A stretch of 64,000 nucleotides of DNA from Brevinematales bacterium (GCA_026417555.1 JAOADA010000001.1:273245-337244); one strand, 5' to 3'; shown: positions 1 to 9,321, numbered from the stretch's first letter. The notes: generated by a model from the letters alone, not told the origin. Numbers and translations: made by a program.

Positions 1-175
1 TCCCCCTCAGGTGGCAGAGGTGTTGGGGATAGATATTATGCCCACCTTTTCTTTGGGGATTGTGGAGTATGGGGGAGAAAGGGAGATGCTTGATGATCAA
101 TTGTTGCAGATGGCAGATCAGGCGCTTTATGAGGCGAAAAAGCAAGGGAAAAATTGCTGTGTCCTCAAATCATAG
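1..175 (+). CDS. GGDEF-domain diguanylate cyclase, C-terminal fragment (5' end outside window)
   Basis: The frame ending at TAG 173-175 reads ...TFSLGIVEYGGEREMLDDQLLQMADQALYEAKKQGKNCCVLKS. This is the typical C-terminal GGDEF-domain signature (ADxALYxAKxxGKN). Confidence 0.7.
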   Translation, partial: PPQVAEVLGIDIMPTFSLGIVEYGGEREMLDDQLLQMADQALYEAKKQGKNCCVLKS

Positions 176-184
176 GAGCAAAGT

Positions 185-2074
185 GTGTTTGTATATCCTA
201 TAAAGTATGATGTGATTGTTATTGGTGGGGGGCATGCAGGGATTGAAGCATCGCTTGCTGCGAGTCGTATGGGATGTCGGACACTTTTGCTCTCCTCAAA
301 TATTGATCTTATTGGGCAGATGCCGTGTAATCCTTCCATTGGAGGAATAGGCAAGGGACAGCTTGTTAAAGAGTTGGATGCGTTAGGTGGGGAGATGGGA
401 CTGGCAGCGGATCAGACAGCCATCCAGTTTCGTACGCTCAATATGCGCAAAGGTCCTGCCGTTCGTTCAACACGGGTCCAAGCGGATAAGGTGGCCTATC
501 GTCAATATATTCAGCAGGTCGTTCTCCATCAAAAGAATCTTGAGGTGAAACAAGACCTCGTGGAAGATCTCTGGGTGGAGGAGAACCGTATCCGAGGCGT
601 AGGAACCGTTAGTCAGGTAGTGTATGAAGGGTACACAGTGGTGATCACCCCAGGGACATTTTTGAATGGCAAAATCCATATAGGTACCACCATATATGGG
701 GCAGGAAGACTTGGAGAAGGTCCTGCCATAGGACTTTCTGTCACACTTCATCGGCTGGGGTTCCAGATGGGAAGATTTAAGACAGGGACACCAGCAAGGC
801 TAGATGGAAGAACGATTGATTTTTCTGTGATGACTCCTCAACCTGGGGATACACCTCTTAGGCCTTTCTCGTTTTGGACAGAACGAACGAAAGAGTTTCT
901 CTATCAGGAACAGATGCCTTGTTATCTCACCCATACCACAGAAAAAACCCATGAAATCATTCGGAAAAACATCCATCTTGCTCCCATGTATTCTGGACAA
1001 ATTCAAGCAACGGGAGTGAGGTATTGCCCCTCAGTTGAGGACAAGGTGATGAAATTTCCTGAGAAAGAAAGTCATCACGTTTTCCTTGAACCTGAAGGGA
1101 GGACAACTATAGAGTATTATCCCAACGGGATCTCTAACGGTTTTCCTCTTGAGGTGCAACTCCAGATTATAAAAAGTATTCCGGGTCTGGAAAAGGCAGT
1201 GATGCTTCGTCCTGCGTATGCTATTGAGCATGATTATGTTGATCCTACTGAACTCTATCCCACTCTCGAAACAAAACGAGTGAAAGGGCTTTTTCTCGCA
1301 GGCCAGATCAATGGAACCACCGGTTATGAAGAGGCGGCTGCCCAAGGGCTCATTGCAGGTATTAATGCTGCCCTTCAAGTTCAAAAAAAACCGCCTTTTG
1401 TGATGGATCGGTCTATGGGGTATATTGGGGTATTGATTGATGATCTCACCACCCGTGGGACCAATGAGCCCTATCGGATGTTTACCTCTCGTGTGGAGTA
1501 TCGCCTTGTTTTGAGAGAGGACAATGCTGATAGAAGATTGGCTCCTTTGGGATATCAGTTGGGGCTTTTGCCTCGTGACCGCTATGAGAAAACCCTCACC
1601 AAATACCATCGTGTCGAACAAGAGATTGAGAGGCTCAAAAGCAAACGTCTCTATCCTACGAAAGAGACCAATGAAAGGCTTCAGGATTTGGGAATAGGGG
1701 AGATTCACAAACCCCTGTCCCTTGCAGAGCTTTTGAGGCGTCCTCTTGTTTCCTATGATATGATCGCCGCGCATTTCTTGGAAGGTGCTTTGGAGGTTCC
1801 CGAGGAGCGAGAAGCCGTGGAAATAGAGATCAAGTATGAAGGCTATATTGAAGAAGAAAAACGGCTGGTGGCCGAGTTTTCAGAGCTTGAGTCGTTTCGT
1901 ATTCCTGAGGGTTTTGATTACAGCTGTGTTCCAAGCCTTCGCCTCGAGGAGATTGAAAAACTCTCTGCCATAAGGCCACTCACGTTAGGGCAGGCCTCAA
2001 GAATTCCAGGGGTGAGACCTGCAGCCATTCAGGTACTCTTGATTTATCTCAAGGAGAGGAGAGAGAAAAGATGA
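185..2074 (+). CDS. mnmG: tRNA uridine-5-carboxymethylaminomethyl modification enzyme MnmG (GidA)
   Basis: 629-aa ORF with GTG start. N-terminal FAD motif [15 protein letters not shown], and GidA-like sequence along the full length including the C-terminal helical domain. AGGAG lies upstream. Confidence 0.95.
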   Translation: MFVYPIKYDVIVIGGGHAGIEASLAASRMGCRTLLLSSNIDLIGQMPCNPSIGGIGKGQLVKELDALGGEMGLAADQTAIQFRTLNMRKGPAVRSTRVQADKVAYRQYIQQVVLHQKNLEVKQDLVEDLWVEENRIRGVGTVSQVVYEGYTVVITPGTFLNGKIHIGTTIYGAGRLGEGPAIGLSVTLHRLGFQMGRFKTGTPARLDGRTIDFSVMTPQPGDTPLRPFSFWTERTKEFLYQEQMPCYLTHTTEKTHEIIRKNIHLAPMYSGQIQATGVRYCPSVEDKVMKFPEKESHHVFLEPEGRTTIEYYPNGISNGFPLEVQLQIIKSIPGLEKAVMLRPAYAIEHDYVDPTELYPTLETKRVKGLFLAGQINGTTGYEEAAAQGLIAGINAALQVQKKPPFVMDRSMGYIGVLIDDLTTRGTNEPYRMFTSRVEYRLVLREDNADRRLAPLGYQLGLLPRDRYEKTLTKYHRVEQEIERLKSKRLYPTKETNERLQDLGIGEIHKPLSLAELLRRPLVSYDMIAAHFLEGALEVPEEREAVEIEIKYEGYIEEEKRLVAEFSELESFRIPEGFDYSCVPSLRLEEIEKLSAIRPLTLGQASRIPGVRPAAIQVLLIYLKERREKR

Positions 2075-2757
2075 TTCTGTTAGGAAGTCTTGTGAATGCA
2101 GGAACAGTGTTTGTGGGAAGTCTTGCAGGCATAACCCTCAAAAGGTTTGTGTCAGAGAAGTACGAAGGGATTGTTTTTCAAGCCTTGGGGCTTTCCACCA
2201 TCATGCTGAGTCTCTCCATGATGCTTTCTCTCAAGAACCCCTTGGTAGTGATTCTCAGTATAGTTTTCGGGGGGCTTGTTGGAGAGTGGTTGAAACTTGA
2301 GGAATCTTTTTTCTTGTTGGGAGAAAGAGTGGGGAAACGATTTCGTCTCGGGAACTCTCACTTTGCTGAGGGGCTTGTTTCTGCCTCGGTGCTTTTCTGT
2401 GTAGGGGCCATGACGATTACCGGTTGTCTTCAGGAGGGACTCACAGGAAATTCTTCTCTTCTTTTTACCAAGGCTCTTTTAGACGGGTTTGCCTCTCTTG
2501 TTCTTGCTACCACGTGGGGATGGGGAGTGTTTGCAAGTGGGGTGGTAGTCCTTGTGTTTCAGGGAAGCCTCACTCTTCTTGCCCGATGGATAGGACCACT
2601 TTTGAGTGAGTTTCTGATTGCTCAATTGGTAGGAACAGGAGGAGTTTTGGTACTTGGTATTGGAATTCGTCTGATGGGTATTACACGGGTGAAAACTGCT
2701 TCGTTTCTTCCCTCGCTTGTTTTTGTGGTGATTTTTTCGTTGCTTTTTCCAGGGTAA
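2071..2757 (+). CDS. DUF554-family integral membrane protein
   Basis: 228-aa polytopic membrane ORF. ATGA overlap with the mnmG stop. N-terminus [20 protein letters not shown] is typical of the DUF554 family. Confidence 0.75.
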   Translation: MILLGSLVNAGTVFVGSLAGITLKRFVSEKYEGIVFQALGLSTIMLSLSMMLSLKNPLVVILSIVFGGLVGEWLKLEESFFLLGERVGKRFRLGNSHFAEGLVSASVLFCVGAMTITGCLQEGLTGNSSLLFTKALLDGFASLVLATTWGWGVFASGVVVLVFQGSLTLLARWIGPLLSEFLIAQLVGTGGVLVLGIGIRLMGITRVKTASFLPSLVFVVIFSLLFPG

Positions 2758-2759
2758 GG

Positions 2760-3401
2760 ATGCATCCACTCGATAGTCGATTTCTGGTGCTTTATCAACA
2801 AAAGAGAGAAGAGATAATTTCTCGTCTCAGAGAGTTCTCTCAGATAAGAGAAGAAGCCGATGATATAAGGCTCTTTGAAGAGCTTGCTTTTTGTACGCTT
2901 ACACCTCAAGCGAGGCCACTCGAGGCCCAAAAAACCCTTGAGCACCTCAAAAAGACAGGGCTTTTATGGAGCGGAAGTCCTGAGGAGATCGCTTTTCATC
3001 TTCATCGGGTGCGTTTTCGCCATACGAAAGCCCTCTCTCTTGTAACGAATAGAAAGCGGTGTTTTGAGGAGGGATGGTCGCTTCGAGAGCGGTTGGAATC
3101 CATGGGAGAGGTATTTCTCATGAGGCGTTGGCTTGTCCATACTATGAGAGGTATTGGATGGAAAGAAGCAAGCCATTTTCTCCGCAATACAGGCTTCGGT
3201 TTGGAATTGGCTATTCTTGATAGGCATGTCCTGAGGGTAGTATCAGAGAGATGTGGCGTGAGGATACCGTCCTCTTTGACAGAAAAGCGTTACCAGGAAT
3301 TTGAAAGTCTTCTACGCCAGTGGGCACACGCCTTGGGTATATCCGTGGCGGAGATGGATTTTCTTATTTTCTATGAGAAGACCGGGATACTTTTCAAGTA
3401 G
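2760..3401 (+). CDS. N-glycosylase/DNA lyase, archaeal/Thermotoga-type 8-oxoguanine glycosylase (Ogg2-like, HhH-GPD)
   Basis: 213-aa ORF with the motif GIGWKEASHFLRNTGFGLELAILDRHV, characteristic of Ogg2-type HhH glycosylases. Confidence 0.75.
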   Translation: MHPLDSRFLVLYQQKREEIISRLREFSQIREEADDIRLFEELAFCTLTPQARPLEAQKTLEHLKKTGLLWSGSPEEIAFHLHRVRFRHTKALSLVTNRKRCFEEGWSLRERLESMGEVFLMRRWLVHTMRGIGWKEASHFLRNTGFGLELAILDRHVLRVVSERCGVRIPSSLTEKRYQEFESLLRQWAHALGISVAEMDFLIFYEKTGILFK

Positions 3402-3530
3402 AAAGCAGATTTTTATGTAACTTTGTGGGATAGTGTAAAGAGGAGAGGTAAAACTCTCGTGTTTTTCCTCCTTTTGAAAAAAAACTTTGCTATTTCTCCA
3501 TTTCTCCACTGTGCTTCATAAAAATTGCTG

Positions 3531-3552
3531 GCCACCAAAAAGGTGGCTTTTT
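3531..3552 (+). terminator. Rho-independent terminator
   Basis: GCCACC-aaaaa-GGTGGC stem-loop followed by TTTTT. Confidence 0.55.
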
Positions 3553-3597
3553 CTCTATTTTTTTTCTTTTTTTCCGATATACAAATGAGGAGGACTC

Positions 3598-4611
3598 ATG
3601 AAAAGGTATCGGGTTTTTCTCTTGATCCTTGGGGGGGTTTCTCTTGTGTTTGCAGTGGATCCAAGAGTGGTAGAACAGTGGCAGAAAACTATGCAATATG
3701 GGATTTCTTCTCAACGGATAGGAGTGATCAAGGCCATCAAAGACAGCAAAGCAGTAGAGGGGTATGATCTTCTTATGAAAGCGCTTGCCACTGATGATAA
3801 CCCTAATGTGCGTGGAGAGGCAGCCTATGCAATGATAGAGCTCAAACTTTCCAATCAAGAGCCTTGGATTCAGGCTGTCCAGAGAGAAACCAACAGTGAG
3901 GTGTTGCGTCGTCTTGCCTTTGGGTGTAGTGAGCTCAAGGTTCGGGGAGCAGCCCCATACCTTTTCTCTCATCTCACCAATCGGTTAGAAGACAGTAAGG
4001 AAAGCCTGTTAGTTGCTACGCTTCTTCGGGCTCTTGGGGAACTGGAGTATAAACCTGCCGAGGGAGTGGTGTTGGGGATTCTTTCGAATTATCAGTACAC
4101 CAAAGAAGTACGGGGGGCTGCCGCTGTAGCCATCGGAAGTATTGGAGGAAAGACGAGTATAGAGCTTCTTAAAACCCTCATCAATGATCCAGCTGAGGCC
4201 AAAGAGGTAAGGATGTATAGCGCCTATGCCCTTGGAAAAACCAAAGTACCCGAGGCTTTTGATATTCTCACCCCTGTGATTGACAATGAAAAAGAGGATG
4301 TGAATGTGCGGGTTTGGGGATTGGCAGGACTTGCTTTTCTCTCGACACCACAGGTGGGAGAGAAAGTGATCCAATATACCCGTTCAGATAACATCCTTCT
4401 TCGAACAGAAGCAATCAAAACCCTTGCCAAGATCAAGGAAACTCGAGCTATTGAGATTCTCAAGTACAAAGCCCTTTATGATCCCGAGTTTTCCGTCCGA
4501 AAAGAGGCCAAGAATGCACTTCAAGCCCTTGGGGTAGATCTCACCCAGCTGACAAACACCACTTCAACCAACCAAATGACTCCTGTCACCAATGCCTCGT
4601 TGCCCAAATAA
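3598..4611 (+). CDS. Secreted HEAT-repeat (PBS-lyase-like) protein
   Basis: 337-aa ORF. GAGGAGG RBS, N-terminal signal-like segment VFLLILGGVSLVFA, and repeated xVRxxAAxALGxxG HEAT-like units. Confidence 0.7.
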   Translation: MKRYRVFLLILGGVSLVFAVDPRVVEQWQKTMQYGISSQRIGVIKAIKDSKAVEGYDLLMKALATDDNPNVRGEAAYAMIELKLSNQEPWIQAVQRETNSEVLRRLAFGCSELKVRGAAPYLFSHLTNRLEDSKESLLVATLLRALGELEYKPAEGVVLGILSNYQYTKEVRGAAAVAIGSIGGKTSIELLKTLINDPAEAKEVRMYSAYALGKTKVPEAFDILTPVIDNEKEDVNVRVWGLAGLAFLSTPQVGEKVIQYTRSDNILLRTEAIKTLAKIKETRAIEILKYKALYDPEFSVRKEAKNALQALGVDLTQLTNTTSTNQMTPVTNASLPK

Positions 4612-4660
4612 AGGGAAAAGGAAAAACCTCCCTTTCAGTACTTTTTAGTATGAGAATGCA

Positions 4661-4696
4661 AAAGAGAGGTGATGAGAAATCATCTCTCTTTTTTTT
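4661..4696 (+). terminator. Rho-independent terminator
   Basis: Imperfect stem aaagaga(ggt)gatg / catc tctcttt followed by a T8 run. Confidence 0.55.
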
Positions 4697-4740
4697 GGGC
4701 TCATGATTCTTTTTGGTGGGAGAAATTTTTGGCCGACTAC

Positions 4741-4768
4741 TTGACTTTTTCTCATTTTGTGCTATAGT
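4741..4768 (+). promoter_or_regulatory. Sigma-70-type promoter (TTGACT-16-TATAGT)
   Basis: -35 TTGACT at 4741-4746. -10 TATAGT at 4763-4768, preceded by TGc (extended -10). Located 40 nt upstream of the ATG at 4808. Confidence 0.5.
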
Positions 4769-4807
4769 ATATAGAAGAAAATATCTTTATCCGGAAAGGA
4801 GGAAACT

Positions 4808-5398
4808 ATGAAGAGATTATGGTTTGTGGTTGCCTTGGGTCTTTTGAGTGGGACTCTTTTTGCTGAACTGGACAAGGAATACGTCAGTTACGAGATCATG
4901 GAACAGAAAGGAAACACCATCTATGTGCGTTTCCGTGTCAATGTTCCTTACTTGCTCCAGTATACCAAAGATCAGATTCAGGTGACCAAAGATTTGATTG
5001 CGAAGGAAAAGAATCCTCGCAAGAAGGGGAAGTATGAAGAGATCCTCGCTCATTATGAACAGCACTATGATCTTCTTTCCAAGAACAAGGTAAAGGCTAT
5101 TTGTGTGTTTGGTGATTTTAATGGGTGGGCTACCTTTGCAAGTCAGATTCCAAATAAGCTTGAACCCACCAGCAAGAATCCTGACACCTGGTATACCAAG
5201 ACATTGGTGCCTTTTGTGGTGAAGCCCGGTGAGAAGATGCAACTTCGCTACAAGTTCGTGATTGATATTGGGGTACAGTACAAGTCAAAGGATGGGAAAC
5301 CTCAAGATTATCTCTACCTTGAAGATCCTCGCAACCCCAACAAAGACCTTGATGGTTTTGATGGGTACAACTCCTATTTTGTATACGAAGGCAAGTAA
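4808..5398 (+). CDS. Secreted protein with glycogen-binding/E-set (CBM48-like) domain
   Basis: 196-aa ORF. GGAGG RBS, signal peptide MKRLWFVVALGLLSGTLFA, and the segment VFGDFNGW...YKFVID typical of AMPK-beta/CBM48-type modules. Confidence 0.55.
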   Translation: MKRLWFVVALGLLSGTLFAELDKEYVSYEIMEQKGNTIYVRFRVNVPYLLQYTKDQIQVTKDLIAKEKNPRKKGKYEEILAHYEQHYDLLSKNKVKAICVFGDFNGWATFASQIPNKLEPTSKNPDTWYTKTLVPFVVKPGEKMQLRYKFVIDIGVQYKSKDGKPQDYLYLEDPRNPNKDLDGFDGYNSYFVYEGK

Positions 5399-5406
5399 GT
5401 TTATTT

Positions 5407-5441
5407 CCCCCTTCTTTTCTTAAGAAAAGAAGGGGGTTTTT
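5407..5441 (+). terminator. Rho-independent terminator
   Basis: Perfect 13-bp stem CCCCCTTCTTTTC / GAAAAGAAGGGGG with a TTAA loop, followed by TTTTT. Confidence 0.8.
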
Positions 5442-5465
5442 ATATTTTTCACAAGAGGGGGAGCG

Positions 5466-5801
5466 ATGGAAGAACAGTTCTTGGAAAAGGATGGGGTGGT
5501 GATCATGGTTTTAAAGGGTCATCTCTCAACAGAGAATCTTGCACCGGTGATGACTTTTCTCACCCAGAAAATCAATGAAAAAAACTACCGTTTTATTTTT
5601 GATCTTTCTGAAGTAAGCTGGATGGGATCTATGGCGTTGGGGATTCTGGCCACAGCTATTCGGGAAGCATTGGCTCATAATACACGTGTGAGGCTTGTCA
5701 ATCCAAACCAGAAGATTATAGGTCTTCTTCAAGAGACCTCGCTCTTAGAGCTCTGTCATGTCTATGCTACCCGTGAGAAAGCTTTGGAATCCTTCAGGTG
5801 A
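5466..5801 (+). CDS. STAS-domain anti-sigma-factor antagonist (SpoIIAA/RsbV-like)
   Basis: 111-aa ORF. Motif FDLSEVSWMGSMALG has the conserved phosphorylatable Ser position, and the C-terminal helix pattern is typical. Confidence 0.8.
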   Translation: MEEQFLEKDGVVIMVLKGHLSTENLAPVMTFLTQKINEKNYRFIFDLSEVSWMGSMALGILATAIREALAHNTRVRLVNPNQKIIGLLQETSLLELCHVYATREKALESFR

Positions 5802-5804
5802 AAT

Positions 5805-5833
5805 TTGTCTTTTCCTTTCCCTTGCTTTATAAT
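5805..5833 (+). promoter_or_regulatory. Sigma-70-type promoter (TTGTCT-17-TATAAT)
   Basis: -35 at 5805-5810 and -10 at 5828-5833, upstream of the ATG at 5868. Confidence 0.45.
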
Positions 5834-5867
5834 ACACTATCTCTCTTCAAAGATAAGGAGGCGTGCT

Positions 5868-6152
5868 ATGCCTGACAAGAATGTGAAAAACATCAAAATC
5901 CATCTCCCAGAAGGAGAAGGGATTGTCCATTATTCTAATGTGGCCATTATCTCCCATTCTCCCGAAGAGGTGGTTTTGGATTTTGCTCAGACCTTGCCAG
6001 GCAAGGAAGAAGCCCAGGTAGTTTCTCGTATCGTTATGACTCCAAGAAACGCCAAGATGCTTTTGAAGGCTCTCGAAAGTAATATCAAAACCTATGAAGA
6101 GAACTTTGGGCCCCTTGTTCTTCCCCAGGACAAGGACCAGCATATCCATTAG
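5868..6152 (+). CDS. DUF3467-family small protein
   Basis: AAGGAGG RBS then ATG at 5868. Sequence ...HYSNVAIISHSPEEVVLDF... resembles DUF3467 proteins. The longer ORF starting at 5805 lacks an RBS. Confidence 0.65.
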   Translation: MPDKNVKNIKIHLPEGEGIVHYSNVAIISHSPEEVVLDFAQTLPGKEEAQVVSRIVMTPRNAKMLLKALESNIKTYEENFGPLVLPQDKDQHIH

Positions 6153-6161
6153 GGGAGATTC

Positions 6162-6629
6162 ATGAGTCAAAACAAAAAGCCTTTCATAGAGATTACGGTA
6201 AATCGTAAAGCCTACCATGATTATGAGATACTTTCTACCTATGAGGCAGGGATTGAACTAACGGGTACGGAGATCAAGTCTATTCGAGGCCATGCAGTGA
6301 ATCTGAAGGATAGTTTCGTACTTATTCGTGATGGGGAAGCCTGGGTTCAGAATATGCATATCAGTCCCTATGGACATGGAAATATCTTTAATCATGATCC
6401 AACGCGGCGAAGACGTCTTCTTCTTCACAAACGGGAGATTTTGAAACTTTTTCAAGCCATTCAGCAAAAGGGGCTTACCCTTATTCCTACGAGGCTCTAT
6501 ATCAAAGGAAAATATGCCAAGCTGGAGATAGCTCTTGCCAGAGGAAAAAAACTCCACGACAAAAAATCAGCCATCAAAGAGCGGGATATCAAGCGAGATA
6601 TGGAAAGAGAGATACGAGATTTTCGATAA
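6162..6629 (+). CDS. smpB: SsrA-binding protein SmpB
   Basis: 155-aa ORF. NRKAYHDYEIL, GTEIKSIR and a basic C-terminal tail are canonical SmpB features. Confidence 0.95.
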   Translation: MSQNKKPFIEITVNRKAYHDYEILSTYEAGIELTGTEIKSIRGHAVNLKDSFVLIRDGEAWVQNMHISPYGHGNIFNHDPTRRRRLLLHKREILKLFQAIQQKGLTLIPTRLYIKGKYAKLEIALARGKKLHDKKSAIKERDIKRDMEREIRDFR

Positions 6630-7036
6630 ACAAGGGTTGTCATACGGGGAGGAGGTCGTTTTTTCTAAGAAATAGTATGGGCTCTTGTGAATATCAAGTG
6701 AGAAAATAGAGGGTTTTTCTGTGGAAGATATGAAAAGCAAAAGAAAATAGTCTCGGAAAAAATGAGGAATACGAGAGCTTTTCAAGCTGATTTTTTATGT
6801 GGGTGTAGAGGTGTTCTCTTTTTGGTATTTTGGTGGGGGAAACGTATTGGTAAGAAAGGTTTTTTTTAATGCAAAGACACATCTGATAGTTTTTCTCACG
6901 GGTGTGAAGGAGAAGAAGGTGAGGGAGATGAAAGGGGAAAAAGAAAGGATGTGTCTCTTTTTTGTTGGGGAGATGTTTTGCAAAGTGCTAATCCCAAACG
7001 GAGGCAGTGTGCTTAAATGAAGCTTATCGTATGGGC

Positions 7037-7065
7037 TTGCAAAATTTTTTTTCTTGCCTTATAAT
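7037..7065 (+). promoter_or_regulatory. Sigma-70 promoter of the tRNA-Val pair (TTGCAA-17-TATAAT)
   Basis: -35 at 7037-7042 and -10 at 7060-7065. The first tRNA starts at 7078. Confidence 0.65.
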
Positions 7066-7077
7066 ATGTCTATGGAT

Positions 7078-7152
7078 GGGCGGTTAGCTCAGGTGGTTTA
7101 GAGTATCTGCATGACACGCAGGGGGTCACTGGTTCGAATCCAGTACCGCCCA
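7078..7152 (+). tRNA. tRNA-Val (anticodon GAC)
   Basis: Hand-folded cloverleaf. Acceptor GGGCGGT/ACCGCCC, D arm GCTC..GAGT, anticodon stem TCTGC/GCAGG with loop ATGACAC, T arm ACTGG-TTCGAAT-CCAGT. No encoded CCA. Confidence 0.9.
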
Positions 7153-7162
7153 CATCCTTGAA

Positions 7163-7237
7163 GGGTGGTTAGCTCAGCTGGTTCAGAGCGTCTGCCCCAC
7201 ACGCAGAAGGTCACTGGTTCGAATCCAGTACCACCCA
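7163..7237 (+). tRNA. tRNA-Val (anticodon CAC), with C at position 33
   Basis: Cloverleaf. Acceptor GGGTGGT/ACCACCC, D arm GCTC..GAGC, anticodon stem TCTGC/GCAGA with loop CCCACAC, same T arm as the first tRNA. No encoded CCA. Confidence 0.85.
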
Positions 7238-7241
7238 CAGT

Positions 7242-7276
7242 GGGCTGTCCTTTGGGGATAGCCCTCTTTTCTTCTC
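7242..7276 (+). terminator. Rho-independent terminator of the tRNA operon
   Basis: 9-bp stem GGGCTGTCC / GGATAGCCC (one G-U pair) followed by the T-rich tail TCTTTTCTTCTC. Confidence 0.6.
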
Positions 7277-7361
7277 GCAAGGAGAAAATCTCATCTTTCT
7301 TGCTAGAAATCCGATACATTAAAAAAGGGGAGTAAAAAATCGGCAAAAGGAGTAGGGTACT

Positions 7362-8771
7362 ATGGGTTCGTTTTTCTCTGCAGAGCAACTCAGACATAGG
7401 TTGCATGTATTTTTGGTGGGTATTGGTGGGGTAGGAATGTCAGCGTTAGCCCGTATTCTCTGGGCGAGAGGGCATCAAGTTTCAGGATCTGATAGAAGTG
7501 ATTCCTCGACGGTTCAGGATCTTCGTAAAAAAGGGATGGAGGTTTTTGTAGGGCATCACGCTAACCATATTCATGAGGATATTGATCTTGTTGTGTACAC
7601 AAATGCTGTGAGTGTAGATGATAATCCTGAACTTATGCAGGCAAAACAATTGGGTATACCACTTGTTGAACGGGCAAGACTTTTGCAGATGCTTGCTTCT
7701 CCCAAATATACGATTGGTGTGTCGGGAACTCATGGGAAAACGACCACTACCTCTATGCTTGCCAAAATATTCTTGGCAGCAGAATTGGATCCATCCCTTG
7801 CTGTTGGGGGAGAGTTGGCCGATATCGGTGGATCAGGCTATGATGGAAAAGGCAAGTTTTTTATCTATGAGGCCTGTGAGGCCTTTGAATCGTTTCTCAA
7901 ACTTTATCCAGACACAGCTGTGATTACCAATGTTGATGCTGATCATCTTGATTACTATAAAAATTTTGATAACATCAAAAAAGCTTTCACTACTTATCTG
8001 ACACAACATGTTTCTCCTTATGGTTTTATTGTGTATAACCGTGATAATGATCCTCTTCGGGAGATTGTAGAGAAACACCGTCTTCCTCAAGTCATTTCTG
8101 TGGGTATAACATCTCAGGCAGATTTTATGGCAAAAGAGATAGAACTTTCTGAATTTTCGTCGCGTTTTGTGCTGGTACGTGGAAAGGAAGAAATAGGAAC
8201 TTTTTATGTTAATGTTCCGGGGATGCACAATGTATATAATGCCCTTCTCGCGGCTGTAACGGCAAAGTTACATGGCATCTCTCAGGAGGTGATTTATCGT
8301 ACCTTGTCTCTTTTCCAGAATGCAAGCCGACGGTTTGAAGTGAAATATCAAACAGAAGATCTCGTGGTTATTGATGACTATGCCCATCATCCTTCTGAAG
8401 TGATGGCAACACTCAAGGCAGCACGGCGATTGGCTGAGAAAAAGGGGGCAGAACTTGTGGTTGTTTTTCAGCCCCATCTCTATTCTCGTACCCTTTCGTT
8501 TTATAGAGAGTTTGCGGAGGCTTTGGCTTTGGCTGATAGGATTGTTTTGACAGAGATCTATCCTGCCAGAGAAGTCAATCCTGGGAATGTTTCCAGTAAA
8601 CTGATCTACGATGAGATCATCAAGATCCGCGGAAACTCCCGACTCCATTACTTCCCATCCTTAGAACAGTTAAAAGAAGTCCTTCCTCAGATTATGAGTA
8701 CCCAGGCTGTGTTGGTTACCCTTGGAGCAGGTGATGTTTGGAAGATTAGTACAGCTTTTTCTGTGGCTTAG
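7362..8771 (+). CDS. murC: UDP-N-acetylmuramate--L-alanine ligase MurC
   Basis: 469-aa ORF. N-terminal GIGGVGMSALA Rossmann motif, GTHGKTTTTSM P-loop, and a Mur ligase C-terminal domain. Confidence 0.95.
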   Translation: MGSFFSAEQLRHRLHVFLVGIGGVGMSALARILWARGHQVSGSDRSDSSTVQDLRKKGMEVFVGHHANHIHEDIDLVVYTNAVSVDDNPELMQAKQLGIPLVERARLLQMLASPKYTIGVSGTHGKTTTTSMLAKIFLAAELDPSLAVGGELADIGGSGYDGKGKFFIYEACEAFESFLKLYPDTAVITNVDADHLDYYKNFDNIKKAFTTYLTQHVSPYGFIVYNRDNDPLREIVEKHRLPQVISVGITSQADFMAKEIELSEFSSRFVLVRGKEEIGTFYVNVPGMHNVYNALLAAVTAKLHGISQEVIYRTLSLFQNASRRFEVKYQTEDLVVIDDYAHHPSEVMATLKAARRLAEKKGAELVVVFQPHLYSRTLSFYREFAEALALADRIVLTEIYPAREVNPGNVSSKLIYDEIIKIRGNSRLHYFPSLEQLKEVLPQIMSTQAVLVTLGAGDVWKISTAFSVA

Positions 8772-9321
8772 TGTTCTTACTCTAGGCTTTTCTGGAGTTA
8801 CAAAAACAAAGATTGAAGTCGATGGTTTTTATTTCTCTTCTCTTTCCCAAGAGGAAATGAAGGGGATTCGTGCCAAGGGTGTGGCGGATATGTTGTATGA
8901 AAAAAAACAATGGAATCAAGCCATCAGGTACTATGAAATGGCCGCTCAGTATATTCCTACAGAGGCGGATATTTATTTCCAGCTTGCTCGTATCTACGAT
9001 CAGCGTCAATTATTCACCCTTGCCTACAAGTATTATCTGAAAGCCTCTGAGTGTTATGAACTGCCTGAAAATCAACGCAAGTCTCGAGAAAATTCTTACT
9101 ATAATCAGGTGTATATGGGTATACTTCTTGTCAAAATGGGCAAGGAGAGCAAGACCTATCTGGACAAAGCATGGAAAATCTATAGTGATCTCAAGGCCTT
9201 TGAAAGGGAACTGGAGTATGATTATCCCGAGGTTTATCTTCTTTACCGCGAATTTGAGGATTTTCTGATGCTGGGTTTCACTGAAAAGAGAAAGAATCTC
9301 AGCACTCAAACAAACCAGTGA
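8734..9321 (+). CDS. Secreted TPR-like protein
   Basis: ATG at 8734 lies 8 nt after GGAG. Signal-like MFGRLVQLFLWLSVLTLGFSG. TPR-like helices (WNQAIRYYEMAAQYIP..., YFQLARIY...). Overlaps the murC 3' end. The start is uncertain (TTG 8722 is an alternative). Confidence 0.5.
   Translation: MFGRLVQLFLWLSVLTLGFSGVTKTKIEVDGFYFSSLSQEEMKGIRAKGVADMLYEKKQWNQAIRYYEMAAQYIPTEADIYFQLARIYDQRQLFTLAYKYYLKASECYELPENQRKSRENSYYNQVYMGILLVKMGKESKTYLDKAWKIYSDLKAFERELEYDYPEVYLLYREFEDFLMLGFTEKRKNLSTQTNQ

Noticed and set aside
3569-3576. TCCGATAT sigma-28-like element upstream of the first HEAT-repeat gene
   Set aside because: Imperfect -10 with only a poly-T stretch where the -35 should be.
4321-4340. TTGGCAGGACTTGC resembling a sigma-54 element
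   Set aside because: The GG-to-GC spacing is 8 nt rather than 10, and it lies inside a coding region.
6630-7077. Possible tmRNA (ssrA) next to smpB
   Set aside because: Neither strand has a tRNA-like acceptor stem, a T-arm (GGTTCGAnTCC) or a CCA-proximal end outside the two tRNA-Val genes.
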